From Myxococcota bacterium (lineage in GTDB: Bacteria > Myxococcota_A > UBA796 > GCA-2862545), in assembly GCA_039208735.1 (NCBI GenBank), contig JBCCQY010000091.1, positions 1 to 36,140 of the forward strand: a DNA stretch of 36,140 nt, in the 5' to 3' direction. Below are positions 1 through 11,635 of this stretch, one piece after another. A program made the position numbers and the translations under genes. The notes beneath the pieces are model-generated. The model was given only the letters and a program-made list of their open reading frames with translations, was not told the DNA's origin and ran no database searches. Position 1 is the stretch's first letter, and each line of letters starts with the position of its first letter.

Positions 1-22
1 ATGGATCCCCTCGTCGTGGGAT

Positions 23-415
23 CTACCAGGGCATAGGGGCGACAAACTCGTTTTCCGGCTTCGGACGGGTGCCGATCTCAAAGACCCGCACGAAGCTTGC
101 GCTATACTGCTGCATCGCGCATCGGCAGGGCGGCGCCAGCTCGAGCCGTTCCAGCATTCGGGCTGTCATGTGGACGTGGCAGCAAAACCGCACGTGCACT
201 TCCGGTGTCCACACCTCGAACTTGTCGTCCGTGAGTCGGGACGGCGTGATCACCGAGACCTGGCGGGTGGGCAGCCACCACTGCAGATGGAGCATGCCAC
301 GAGGTGCGAAGTAGGCGTGTCGTGGTGAGTTCAGCGCGTGGCCCCAAACCTCCCAACCACTCGGTGTCTCATCGATGAGGTTGCGGGTTCGCGGATCGTG
401 AAAAGGGGGCATCAT
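23..415 (-). CDS. Hypothetical protein, ~130 aa, with CCHVH and CRC motifs
   Basis: Part of ORF 23..535. ATG at 415 (MMPPFHD...) is preceded by a GGAG Shine-Dalgarno. No family recognised. Confidence 0.55.
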   Translation of the reverse strand: MMPPFHDPRTRNLIDETPSGWEVWGHALNSPRHAYFAPRGMLHLQWWLPTRQVSVITPSRLTDDKFEVWTPEVHVRFCCHVHMTARMLERLELAPPCRCAMQQYSASFVRVFEIGTRPKPENEFVAPMPW

Positions 416-677
416 GGCGACTCCACGATGAGCTGCAGCCACAGTGTGTTCATGAAGGGCTTCCTGGGCAAGAGGGGGTAGTGTCTGGAGTTTCGTGGAT
501 ACGGCCCGATGGGAGACCACGAACAAGATTCGCAAGCGCTACGAACGGGTGTGACATGAGCTTTCAGGCTCGTTTTACGCGAAGGGCATCATCGTGGATC
601 ATGGGATCGATCAGCACAATCTTGCGGCCCTCGCGCTTCAATCCATCGGACTGCCTCCACCCGGTGACTTCTATTCT

Positions 678-702
678 ATTGAAATTGAATTTCATTTTCA
701 AT
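678..702. promoter_or_regulatory. Tandem Fur-type operator (two overlapping 7-1-7 boxes offset by 6 bp)
   Basis: AT-rich ATTGAAATTGAATTTCATTTTCAAT in GC-rich DNA. Contains the perfect palindrome TGAAATT-G-AATTTCA (680-694) and a second box TTGAATTTCATTTTCAA (685-701). Both resemble the deltaproteobacterial Fur consensus WTGAAAATNATTTTCAW. Confidence 0.65.
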
Positions 703-783
703 GGATGCATCTGAGAGAAAGGAGGGTGGGTAGACGGTGAAGTTGCCCCGAGTTCGTGGACACCCTCCAAAGCACAGGAGAGG

Positions 784-1620
784 ATGTCCGCATGGGAGCC
801 AAGCGATACCGCCCGAGTCGTGGCCGTAGCGGTGACGAGCCAGAGCAGGGCCCCTCTTCCTATCGAGGGCTGGGTGTTCGGACGGGTCGCAACGAGCGGC
901 GGCAGCCTTGAAGGTGATTCGCATGGTTCGCACGCTTCTTCCTGGCCACGACCTTCCGTTGGTGCTTGGCAGAGTCGTTCTTCGATCGGGCCATGCTACC
1001 TTTCGCGTTGCTGGAGCAGGAGCGCTGGAAGCGCGTGACCCGAATGCAGGGGCTTCGGGACCGCGTTGCCGAGTGGGCAGCCTGCGAGTCGCCGGACGAG
1101 CTGCGAGAGGGGATCCAACAGTGGCTCGGAGGGGTCGAGGCCACAGACGAACTCGCTCTGCAAGGGGTCGCTTTTGCGTTGGTGGTCCCCCTGCACGACG
1201 GCCGCCCGACGTTTATCGAGCGCTACCGACAGACGGCGGGGAAACTGCCCCACGCGGACCGGGTGGTATTCGAGGCGTGGCAAAACACTTGGTTCACCGT
1301 GGGAGAGATCCTCGAAGTGGAACCAGGCCGCGGGTTCCGATTGCAGGACGTCGTCTCGAACTGCGAGTTCGAGGCCTCCGCGTCGCGCCAGCTCCAGCCT
1401 GGTGACTGGCTTGCCGCCTTGCTGATGCCGATCGACGTTCGCGTCGAACTCGAGGGTACGTCAGTGCCGCTTCGCGGCCCCGTGCGGATCGCGGCGTGAG
1501 GCGGCGGCCGCGGGGAGAATGCCCGAACTGCGAGCCCTACTGCCAGAAATGCTCGGAGAAGACACGCTCGCGCACATTCGTGCCGAGCTTTGGATGAGGC
1601 CGCGATTCTCGTCGTTGTGA
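784..1620 (+). pseudogene. Probable frameshifted gene; core frame 966..1499 resembles the domain often found with SEC-C motif proteins
   Basis: Strong SD (AGGAG) and ATG at 784, but the protein-like segment (FEAWQNTWFTVGEILEVEPGRGFRLQDVVS...SASRQLQPGDWL) is in another frame that is closed by TGA at 915. A plausible continuation (MPELRALLPEMLG) resumes in a different frame after the stop at 1499. Confidence 0.45.
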
Positions 1621-1796
1621 GCGAAGCGTCCCGTCGGAGCTCTGGTAGGAGCAGACGATCTCGAGGCAAAACCGCATGTCTTCCTCCGCGGCTCGCCAGG
1701 ATTGTGCGCGTATGACAACGAACATCGCAGGGGTTCTATGGTCCCAGTGCCAAGAAGAGCACGCAATTCAGCGCGCAGGCTCTTGCCTTGGCAGTG

Positions 1797-1822
1797 AGAA
1801 GCCCGCCTGCTGGCGGGCTTCT
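1797..1822 (-). terminator. Hairpin downstream of the tRNA pair
   Basis: Perfect 11-bp inverted repeat AGAAGCCCGCC-TGCT-GGCGGGCTTCT just 3' of tRNA-Glu; weak U-tract. Confidence 0.65.
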
Positions 1823-1828
1823 GATGAG

Positions 1829-1906
1829 TGGTGACCCCAACGGGATTCGAACCCGTGTTGCCGGGATGAAAACCCGGTGTCCTGGACCTGACTAGACGAT
1901 AGGGTC
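1829..1906 (-). tRNA. tRNA-Glu(TTC)
   Basis: Reverse complement folds as a cloverleaf: acceptor GACCCTA/TGGGGTC, anticodon arm CCGGG-TTTTCAT-CCCGG, GTTCGAATC T-loop, encoded CCA. Confidence 0.97.
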
Positions 1907-1926
1907 AAAGGCGGATTTACCAGAAG

Positions 1927-1999
<73 letters not shown>

Positions 2000-2010
2000 G
2001 CAGCGTCAGT

Positions 2011-2039
2011 GCAATACCGCTCTGGGCGGGACCTGTCAA
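2011..2039 (-). promoter_or_regulatory. Candidate sigma70 promoter of the tRNA-Lys/Glu unit
   Basis: Perfect TTGACA (2039-2034), 17-bp spacer, imperfect -10 TATTGC (2016-2011), about 11 nt upstream of tRNA-Lys. Confidence 0.5.
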
Positions 2040-2050
2040 CGCTGCTCGAT

Positions 2051-4494
<2,444 letters not shown>

Positions 4495-4508
<14 letters not shown>

Positions 4509-4758
4509 GGACGTTCCCATGGCGCTCACGGGACGCGCCGCACGATGGCTCCACCTGCTACAGGACCTCGGCCACATCGACATCGCAACGGCAGATGAGT
4601 TGGTGATGGCAGCGAGCGACCTGCACCGCGAACTCCACCACAAGGGCACACGGGTGGGCCTCGAAACCATCCGTCAGGCCGCAGCCATGGTGCTGTTTCA
4701 GACGGATGCAGAACCGGCCACGATGCTCGACGACGACTGGCCACTGTTGTTCAGCTAG
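4495..4758 (+). CDS. Small protein resembling the C-terminal half of Smg/DUF494
   Basis: Directly downstream of dprA, the usual smg position. Pattern WLHLLQDLGHIDIATADELV...LETIRQAAAMVLF...LLF parallels the Smg C-terminus. Alternative start ATG 4519 with GAGG SD. Confidence 0.6.
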
Positions 4759-5309
4759 CGTGGATCGGCCACGACCTTCGGAGCTTCAAGACCCAGCCCA
4801 GAGAGGCCTTCCTCGAGCAGCGGTAGCCACGATGCCGCCTCGGAGGGATCTGTGAACACCCCCACCAAGAGCCGAGGCTCTCCTCCGTCCCGTACGACAT
4901 CAGCGTGGACCCCACGGCCCCGCAGCACGACCTGGAGGTCATCAATGCGGGGCTGTGGCGCTCGTCCAAGATCAATGGCGTAGAGCACCCGGCCGCTCGC
5001 CGGCCGATCCTGGGGACGCCCTCGCAACTCGTCGGGGAACCGCAATTCCGACAGCCCGTTGTCGGCTGCATTGCTCACCTCGATGCGAGCGAGCAAATCG
5101 ACAAGCGCATCATCCGCGAGCGTCGCATCGATGCCTTGGGCCGCATTGGGTCGATGCACGTAGGCCACCTGGTCGCGCCCCGTGACGTAGCCAAGGCCAA
5201 AGCAAACCGTGCCCACCACCATCATGGCCAGGGTCAGCAATGCGATTTCTCGCACCGGCAGAGGCGCTGGGGCCCCCGCGTCGGCGCGCGAAGGAACCGA
5301 CTCACGCAT
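4755..5309 (-). CDS. Bitopic membrane protein with C-terminal SPOR-like domain (FtsN/DedD-like)
   Basis: N-terminal TM helix (IALLTLAMMVVGTVCFGLGYVTG), linker, and C-terminal RLLVGVFTDPSEAA resembling the SPOR RVxVGPF motif. AGGAG SD favours ATG 5309 (track start 5315). Confidence 0.65.
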   Translation of the reverse strand: MRESVPSRADAGAPAPLPVREIALLTLAMMVVGTVCFGLGYVTGRDQVAYVHRPNAAQGIDATLADDALVDLLARIEVSNAADNGLSELRFPDELRGRPQDRPASGRVLYAIDLGRAPQPRIDDLQVVLRGRGVHADVVRDGGEPRLLVGVFTDPSEAASWLPLLEEGLSGLGLEAPKVVADPR

Positions 5310-5700
5310 CGTCATCTCCTGCGTCGCTGCCGAGTTCGGCCATCATGCGCGCCGCCCAGTCGTCAGCCGAGGGCTCCCACCGAAACACATCGGTGTCAAC
5401 CTGTTCGGCAATCGCTGTGGGATGGCTATGCACTTGCCCCACACACTGGTCGATGACTTTACGCACCACCGACGCGTCATTTCCGGCCGTCGTGACGACG
5501 ATCGTCTGACGCGTGGGATCGCTACCTTGGCCAATCTCGTGCACCGAGATCCCGTAGCGGTGTCTGAGTCGATCGGACACCGACGACAAAACCGTGCGTC
5601 GGTCCTTAAGCGTACGTGCCCCTGGAACGCGGATCCTCAAGTAGGCCACGCCCAAAAAGACACGATCGGGGGGGGCGCCATCGCGCCGTGACCGCCCCAT
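5302..5700 (-). CDS. ylxP: DUF503 (YlxP) family protein
   Basis: GARTLKDRRTVLSSVSDRLRHRYGISVHEI matches the DUF503 pattern. Typical position after infB; ATG overlaps the infB stop (TGATG). Confidence 0.85.
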   Translation of the reverse strand: MGRSRRDGAPPDRVFLGVAYLRIRVPGARTLKDRRTVLSSVSDRLRHRYGISVHEIGQGSDPTRQTIVVTTAGNDASVVRKVIDQCVGQVHSHPTAIAEQVDTDVFRWEPSADDWAARMMAELGSDAGDDDA

Positions 5701-8700
5701 CAATCGATTTCCACCACCTGCTCGGCGTAGGTTTCGATGAGGTCGCCCTCTTCGAGGTCATTGAAGCCCTCGAGCGAAAGACCACATTCGTAGCCCGCAG
5801 CCACTTCGCGAACGTCGTCCTTGAAGCGCTTGAGGGTGTCCACCTTGCCTTCCCAGATGACCGAACCGCCGCGCAACACCTTGACGAGGTGGTTTCGACC
5901 CACCTTCCCATCGATGACGTAGCAGCCGGCAACCGTACCGATCCGCGAGATGCGGAACAGCACGCGAACCTCGAGCGTACCCTGACGAACCAACTCGTAG
6001 GTGGGAGCCAGAAGTCCCTTCATCTCGCGCTCGATGCGGTCCAATACATCGTAGATGATGGAGTAGAACTCGGGCTCGACACCGAGGTTCGACGCTGCGG
6101 TTCGTGCCTTGGCATCGAACTTGGTGTTGAACCCGATGATCTTTGCGCCGTCGGACGCCGCCAACGTGATGTCGGACTCGGTGACGTCACCGACCGCCGA
6201 CAACAGAATGCGGACCTCGGCGCCATCGACCTGAATGTCTTCGATGGCCGCTCTTAGCGCCTGCAACGAACCCCCTACGTCCGCCTTCAGGATGAGCAGC
6301 AGCGTCTCACGCTCCTCACGCTGGGCAGCATTGTAAAGGTCGCCAATGTCGCGCTTGCTGTGCTTGGCCATCTCTTCTTGGCGCTTGGCCACCGCCCGGT
6401 GCTCGGCCAGGGCCCGAGCGTTTTTCTCGCTCTTGACGGCGTTCACCGAATCGCCGACCTCGGGCAGCCCCGACAGACCAAACAACTCAACCGGTGTCGA
6501 TGGTTCGGCAAGTTTGAGCTTCTTGCCCGCATGGTCGACAAGGGCCCGCACCTTACCAAAGGCCGAACCCAGCACCACGTGATCGCCGCGCTTGAGCGTA
6601 CCCGTCTGGACGAGGACCGACGCCACGGCACCGCGTCCACGTTCCATCTTGGCCTCGAGGACCACCCCTTCCGCGTAGCGATCGGGATTGGCCTTGAGTT
6701 CAAGCACCTCGGCCTGCAGCAAGATCTGCTCGAGCAGATCGTCGATGTTTTCGCCCTTGAGCGCTGAGATAGGCACAAATGGCGTGTCGCCACCCCAATC
6801 CTCAGGCACCAATTCTTCTTGGGCAGAAAGCTGACTCTTGATGGGCTCGTCGGACACGCCAGGCTTGTCCATCTTGTTGACCGCCACGACGATGGGCGTA
6901 TTGGCCGCCCGGGCGTGCGCAATGGCCTCGGAGGTCTGCGGCTGCAATCCGTCGTCCGCTGCAACCACCAGCACAACAATGTCGGTGACGGCCGCCCCAC
7001 GGGCCCGCATGGCGGTAAATGCCTGGTGACCAGGGGTATCGATGAAGGTGATGGGCTGGCCATCGACCTCGACCTGGTAGGCCCCGATATGCTGGGTAAT
7101 GCCACCATCTTCGCCCGCAGCGACGCGGCTGTTGCGGATGGTGTCGAGCAACGTGGTTTTGCCGTGGTCGACGTGGCCCATGATGGTCACGACAGGCGGG
7201 CGAGGCACGAGGTTCTCATCCTCGACGTCCTCGGCGATGTGCTCCAGGTAGTTCTGTTCCTGGAACCCAACGTTTTCGACCTCATAGTCGAACTCTGCGG
7301 CAACCAGTGCGGCCGTGTCCATGTCCAGCATGTCGGTGATGCGCACGCCCTCAGACCCGAGGTCCATGAGCTGCCGAATCACGACCGTAGCCTTGACGCC
7401 AAGCTGCATGCCCAAGTCGCGCACACTGATGACGTTATCGACCCGGACCTTCCGCTTCTGCGCCTTGGGCGTAGGCGACGCCTGCTTCGGGCCGCTACTC
7501 TTGCGCCGCTTGCCTCGACCTGGGCGTCGGTCGTAGCCTCGACCGCCTCCCGATCGTCCACCGCCACGGCCTCGGCCCCGGTAGCCCCCCTGGTCACCAC
7601 CCGCTTCGACCCGTCGACGCGCGCGACCGGGTGTTTGTGCGGATGGAGCGGGCGTCTGCGCCCGAGAGAATTCGGCCGCCTGTTGGCTGCGAAACGCTTG
7701 CGGGTTGTTGGGGTCATAGCCCGGAGGCGGCACCACGACGGCCGAACCCAGACCGCGGAACCGCGGCTTTTCGGGACGCGCCCCGTCGTCGGTTTTGGCA
7801 CCCTCGGCCCCGCTCGCAGCAGCGGCCGGTTCGGGAGCCTTGGCGGGCTCTGGCGTCGGCGTCGCGGTCTTCGCGGCCGGAGACACCCGAGTGGCTCCGC
7901 GGCCGGTACGACGCCGAATGTCGCGCACCGGGCGACCTGCCCGGCGCTCGGCCTGACGAGGCGAACCTGCGCTGCCGTTACTGGCAGGCTTGGCGGCTTC
8001 GGCAGGCTTGGCGGCTTCGGCAGGCTTGGCGGCTTCGGCAGGCTTGGCGGCTTCGGCAGGCTTCGGAGCAGAGGCTGGCTCTGGCTTCGGCGCCGGCTTG
8101 GAGGCCTTCGCTTCGACGGGTTTCGGAGCCGGCTTCGGCTCAGGCTGGGCCTTGGCTTCCGGCTTGGGCGCGGGCTTCGGCTCAGGCTTGGGCTCGGCCT
8201 TCGCCGGCGGCTCCGGCTTGGGTTCGACCGCCTTCACCTCAGCCGGCTTCGGCTCGGGAGCTGGCGTAGGGACGGGAACCGGGACCGGCGCAGGCTCGGG
8301 CTCGGCTTTCACCTCGGCCTCAACCGGAGGAACCGGCATCGGCGCAGGCTTCGGCTCGGGCGCCTGTGGCGGCGGTGCCGCCTCGGCCTGCACAGGCTCA
8401 GGTGTTGGCTCGGCCTTCACGGGTTCAGGTGCCGGCGTGGGCTCCGGATCGGGAGCGGGAGCCGGCGCTTCGGCCACCGGTTCAGGCTCCGGCTCGGGAG
8501 CTGGCGGAGCCGGCGTCTCCTGCGGAGGCTCTTCCGTTTCGTCACGTCGCGCGCGACGCATCACGCGCTTCGACGACGATCCCGGCGCACCGTTCGCGGC
8601 CGATCCGTTCGAGGCCGCGGGGCTGGCTTCGGCCGGCGTGGCGTTTGCCGACTCATCTTCCGTCTTGCCTTTGCCAGGGCGGCGAACACGCCGCAAAACA

Positions 8701-8831
8701 CGCTGTCCGACCCGGGTCGTCGTCGTCTCCCCGCGCCGAGGCGCACTTTCCTCTTCGCTACGGCGCGAATTTCGCACCGGCGTATCCGAGGAGGCCCGGT
8801 TCAAGCGTTCGAGGAGGTCCTTTTTCGACAT
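5700..8831 (-). CDS. infB: Translation initiation factor IF-2
   Basis: [50 protein letters not shown] motifs; long Pro/Ala/Glu/Lys-rich N-terminal region. Confidence 0.99.
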   Translation of the reverse strand: MSKKDLLERLNRASSDTPVRNSRRSEEESAPRRGETTTTRVGQRVLRRVRRPGKGKTEDESANATPAEASPAASNGSAANGAPGSSSKRVMRRARRDETEEPPQETPAPPAPEPEPEPVAEAPAPAPDPEPTPAPEPVKAEPTPEPVQAEAAPPPQAPEPKPAPMPVPPVEAEVKAEPEPAPVPVPVPTPAPEPKPAEVKAVEPKPEPPAKAEPKPEPKPAPKPEAKAQPEPKPAPKPVEAKASKPAPKPEPASAPKPAEAAKPAEAAKPAEAAKPAEAAKPASNGSAGSPRQAERRAGRPVRDIRRRTGRGATRVSPAAKTATPTPEPAKAPEPAAAASGAEGAKTDDGARPEKPRFRGLGSAVVVPPPGYDPNNPQAFRSQQAAEFSRAQTPAPSAQTPGRARRRVEAGGDQGGYRGRGRGGGRSGGGRGYDRRPGRGKRRKSSGPKQASPTPKAQKRKVRVDNVISVRDLGMQLGVKATVVIRQLMDLGSEGVRITDMLDMDTAALVAAEFDYEVENVGFQEQNYLEHIAEDVEDENLVPRPPVVTIMGHVDHGKTTLLDTIRNSRVAAGEDGGITQHIGAYQVEVDGQPITFIDTPGHQAFTAMRARGAAVTDIVVLVVAADDGLQPQTSEAIAHARAANTPIVVAVNKMDKPGVSDEPIKSQLSAQEELVPEDWGGDTPFVPISALKGENIDDLLEQILLQAEVLELKANPDRYAEGVVLEAKMERGRGAVASVLVQTGTLKRGDHVVLGSAFGKVRALVDHAGKKLKLAEPSTPVELFGLSGLPEVGDSVNAVKSEKNARALAEHRAVAKRQEEMAKHSKRDIGDLYNAAQREERETLLLILKADVGGSLQALRAAIEDIQVDGAEVRILLSAVGDVTESDITLAASDGAKIIGFNTKFDAKARTAASNLGVEPEFYSIIYDVLDRIEREMKGLLAPTYELVRQGTLEVRVLFRISRIGTVAGCYVIDGKVGRNHLVKVLRGGSVIWEGKVDTLKRFKDDVREVAAGYECGLSLEGFNDLEEGDLIETYAEQVVEID
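7983..8063. repeat. Perfect 18-bp tandem repeat x4.5 inside infB (encodes EAAKPA)
   Basis: GGCAGGCTTGGCGGCTTC repeated identically at 7983, 8001, 8019 and 8037, plus a partial copy at 8055. Confidence 0.95.
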
Positions 8832-8999
8832 GCAGTCCTTTAATGAAGTTCAACCGCAGCACGGTGCGTAAGGCACCAGGCGCGTAATGCGGCGTCGACC
8901 CATCGACCAACAGGCATTCTGCCGTCCAGAGTGGCTACTGCCATGCCGGTCGATTCCAAAGGACGGGTAGACCGCCGTACCCCACCCGTCCGCAGTGCC

Positions 9000-9578
9000 C
9001 TAACCCAAATCTCGGAAACGTTGCAACTGGCCGCGCAAGTAGTCCGTCGCAGGAATCGGGACCACCCCGAGGACAGCGCAAGAACCCTGTCCAATCTGGC
9101 CGCCGATGGTTTCACGCGTCCATGGAATTCGCAATGGTTCGATTTCTGCTTCGTCGGTCACTCGTCGTAAGGCCTGGACCGTCCTGGCAGATGCATCTTC
9201 GGCAGTGAGAACATCGACGACCCGACCTTCCTGGATCGCCGCCACAAGCCGGTCAAAACCCACCACCAGTCCGCCCCCTGCGGCCGCAAGTGACAAGCCG
9301 TGAAACAAGGCCTGTCGCACCGCCGCTACGAAGATCGCCTCGAGTTGGGAAACGTCCATTCGCTGTCGAAGTGTTCGGTTCAGCCCATGCGGCTTTGCGA
9401 TCACCGCGGCAATGCAGGACGCACGGGCGTGCAACCACGCGCCCCGACCCGGAAGCCGGCCCTTTAAGTCGACGACGAGTTGACCGTCGGGCGACGCGAC
9501 GAGCCGAACCAACGCGTCTCGATCGGTTCGATCCCGACACCCAATGCACTGCCGGACCGCGGTCCGCTCACTCCGCAT
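9000..9578 (-). CDS. ylxR: YlxR/DUF448 - L7Ae (YlxQ-like) fusion protein
   Basis: N-half: RQCIGCR...LVR...GRGAWL...C (YlxR). C-half: GLSLAAAGGGLVVG...AEDAS...IGGQIG (L7Ae-like). Between nusA and infB. Confidence 0.88.
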   Translation of the reverse strand: MRSERTAVRQCIGCRDRTDRDALVRLVASPDGQLVVDLKGRLPGRGAWLHARASCIAAVIAKPHGLNRTLRQRMDVSQLEAIFVAAVRQALFHGLSLAAAGGGLVVGFDRLVAAIQEGRVVDVLTAEDASARTVQALRRVTDEAEIEPLRIPWTRETIGGQIGQGSCAVLGVVPIPATDYLRGQLQRFRDLG

Positions 9579-11007
9579 CGGCCCTCACGGCATCGGTCTC
9601 GCCGGGTTCTTCAGGCAGAGCGTCGTCCCCCATGAGGTCGAATTCCTCGGTGGGAACCGGATCGGCCTCGCGCTTGGGAGGCTCAGGCTCAGAGTCCTCT
9701 GGCTCGTCATCGGCCAATGCGGGCAGTCCCGATTCAGCACGACGCCGCTCCTCGGCCTCTTCCATGATCATCTGCCCAACGACATCGTCGGCCTGGGCAA
9801 TGACCTGCTCGGCCTCCTCTTCGGAAACCTGCAGAATGGCCGCGATCTCACCCACATCTGACTCGGCCACTTCCACGACCTTTTGGAAGCCATGCCGGAC
9901 CAACGTGTCGACCGCCGCTTCATCGATGGTCTGAATGCGATCCAGCTCCGAACGAGCGGCATCGAGCATGTCTTGGTGCTTGGTCTCGCTGTAGATGTCG
10001 ATCCGCCAGCCGGTCAGCTGGGCGGCGAGCCGCACGTTCTGGCCTCGACGACCGATCGCTTTGGCAAGCTGATCGTCAGGCACCACGAGTTCCATCGTGT
10101 GGTTCGCTTCATCAATGTACACGCGGCTCACGTTGGCCGGGGCGATCGCCTGCACGATGAATCGCGCGGGATCGGGGTGCCACGAAATGATGTCAATGGC
10201 CTCACCCCGGAGTTCACCCACCACGGCCTGCACCCGTGATCCCTTGAGACCGACACATGCGCCCACCGGATCCACATCAGGATCGTTGGAGGAAACCGCA
10301 ATCTTGGCCCGGTGCCCTGGCTCACGTGCGCAGGCCTCGATGGTCACGATGCCCTCGTAGATCTCAGGCACCTCCATCTCAAACAGCTTCATGAGCAACA
10401 CAGGGTGCGTCCGCGAGAGCACCACCTGCGGCTGACGTGTCGCCCGCGTAATATCCAGGACAAACGCCTGAATTCGATCGCCTGGACGGTAGGTCTCGGT
10501 CGGGACCTGCTCCCGTCGCGGCAAGATCGCCTCGGCCCGGTTGAGGTCAACGATGATGTTGCCCTTTTCGAACCGCCGCACGATGCCGGTGATGAGTTCA
10601 CCCTTTCGGTCTTTGAACTCATTGAAGGTCAGCTCGCGTTCGGCATCGCGAATCTTCTGGATGATGACTTGCTTCGCCGTCTGCGCGGCGATTCGACCGA
10701 GGCCTTCAGAGTCCATGATGCGACCGAAGGAATCGCCTTCCTGGAAGTCGGGATCCTCGGCTTGCGCCTCCTCGATCGCAATCTCGAGTTCGGGATCTTC
10801 GACTTCGGCGACCACCGTGCGCCATTCTTGGAGCTCGACCTCGCCCGAGTCGGGGTTGTAGGCTGCCTCGATGTCGCGCTCCATCCCGTACTTCTTCCGG
10901 GCGGCCGCCACCATTGCGCTCTCGAGGATTTCGATCACCACATCACGCGGAATGTTCTTTTCGTTTTTGATGGCCTCGATCAGCTGCTCTAGATCGCTGG
11001 TGATCAT
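9568..11007 (-). CDS. nusA: Transcription termination/antitermination factor NusA
   Basis: GRIAAQTAKQVIIQKIR, EVPEIYEG, DPVGACVG..GSR, AIGRRGQNVRLAAQLTGW motifs. Confidence 0.99.
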   Translation of the reverse strand: MITSDLEQLIEAIKNEKNIPRDVVIEILESAMVAAARKKYGMERDIEAAYNPDSGEVELQEWRTVVAEVEDPELEIAIEEAQAEDPDFQEGDSFGRIMDSEGLGRIAAQTAKQVIIQKIRDAERELTFNEFKDRKGELITGIVRRFEKGNIIVDLNRAEAILPRREQVPTETYRPGDRIQAFVLDITRATRQPQVVLSRTHPVLLMKLFEMEVPEIYEGIVTIEACAREPGHRAKIAVSSNDPDVDPVGACVGLKGSRVQAVVGELRGEAIDIISWHPDPARFIVQAIAPANVSRVYIDEANHTMELVVPDDQLAKAIGRRGQNVRLAAQLTGWRIDIYSETKHQDMLDAARSELDRIQTIDEAAVDTLVRHGFQKVVEVAESDVGEIAAILQVSEEEAEQVIAQADDVVGQMIMEEAEERRRAESGLPALADDEPEDSEPEPPKREADPVPTEEFDLMGDDALPEEPGETDAVRADAE

Positions 11008-11495
11008 GATGGGCCCTCCGCCAGTTTCTGGTATTCGTCGAGGTCGAGGACGAGATGGGCGCGCTCCACAAGGTCGAGCGCGACGCGATGTTCGGTGCCG
11101 TCCATCGACAGACGGAGTTCTCCGTCCTCGATGGGTCCGATGACGCCGGTGTAGCGTCGTCGCGGCGGCCCCTCTGAAAGCCGGATTTTGACGCGGTAAC
11201 CTTGAAACCGCTCGAAATCCTGCTCCCGTTGAATCGGGCGCTCGATGCCCGGGCTGCTGACTTCCAAGTGGTAGGACGACGCAATCGGATCGTCCGCGTC
11301 GAGCAGCGGGGAGACGTGGTGCGAAACCCGCACACAGTCCTCGGCCGTCACCCCACCTGGGGCGTCAACCGACAATCTTAAGATAGGCCCCGATCGACCC
11401 GACGACCACTCCACGGCGACCAAATCGAAGCCGAGCTGCTCCACTGGCCCCTCGAGGAGCGAACGCACGCGCGTCTGTAGGGTTCGTGCATCCAT
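11004..11495 (-). CDS. rimP: Ribosome maturation factor RimP
   Basis: GVTAEDC..VS..VSPLLD..DPI..SYHLEVSSPGIERP signature; overlaps the nusA start. Confidence 0.96.
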   Translation of the reverse strand: MDARTLQTRVRSLLEGPVEQLGFDLVAVEWSSGRSGPILRLSVDAPGGVTAEDCVRVSHHVSPLLDADDPIASSYHLEVSSPGIERPIQREQDFERFQGYRVKIRLSEGPPRRRYTGVIGPIEDGELRLSMDGTEHRVALDLVERAHLVLDLDEYQKLAEGPS

Positions 11496-11515
11496 GCTGA
11501 TGTCCGAGATCAGAA

Positions 11516-11548
11516 CGGGGGACCGGTCTGGAAAAGACCGCTCCCCCG
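11516..11548 (-). promoter_or_regulatory. rimP leader hairpin (possible attenuator)
   Basis: On the mRNA strand CGGGGGA-G-CGGTCT-TTTCC-AGACCG-G-TCCCCCG followed by TTCT, 20 nt before the rimP start. Confidence 0.6.
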
Positions 11549-11635
11549 CACAGAGGTTCGTCACTTGTCAAAGCCATAACCTGTCTCGCAGAACGTCCCG
11601 CGAACCTCGACGCGGTAAGCCCCCGGACTCGTGGG

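Noticed and set aside
481..933. Short ORFs 481..714, 564..770 and 676..933
   Set aside because: They overlap the operator-containing intergenic region and show no convincing SD or protein-like features.
7983..8063. Repeat array as a possible CRISPR
   Set aside because: Contiguous 18-bp units with no spacers, in frame inside infB, and no cas genes.
6819..8871. Long + strand ORFs (674 aa, 293 aa) opposite infB
   Set aside because: Antisense shadows of a GC-rich, repetitive real gene; no recognisable motifs.
11566..11571. Perfect TTGACA upstream of rimP
   Set aside because: No -10 element at 16-18 bp spacing, so no promoter was called.
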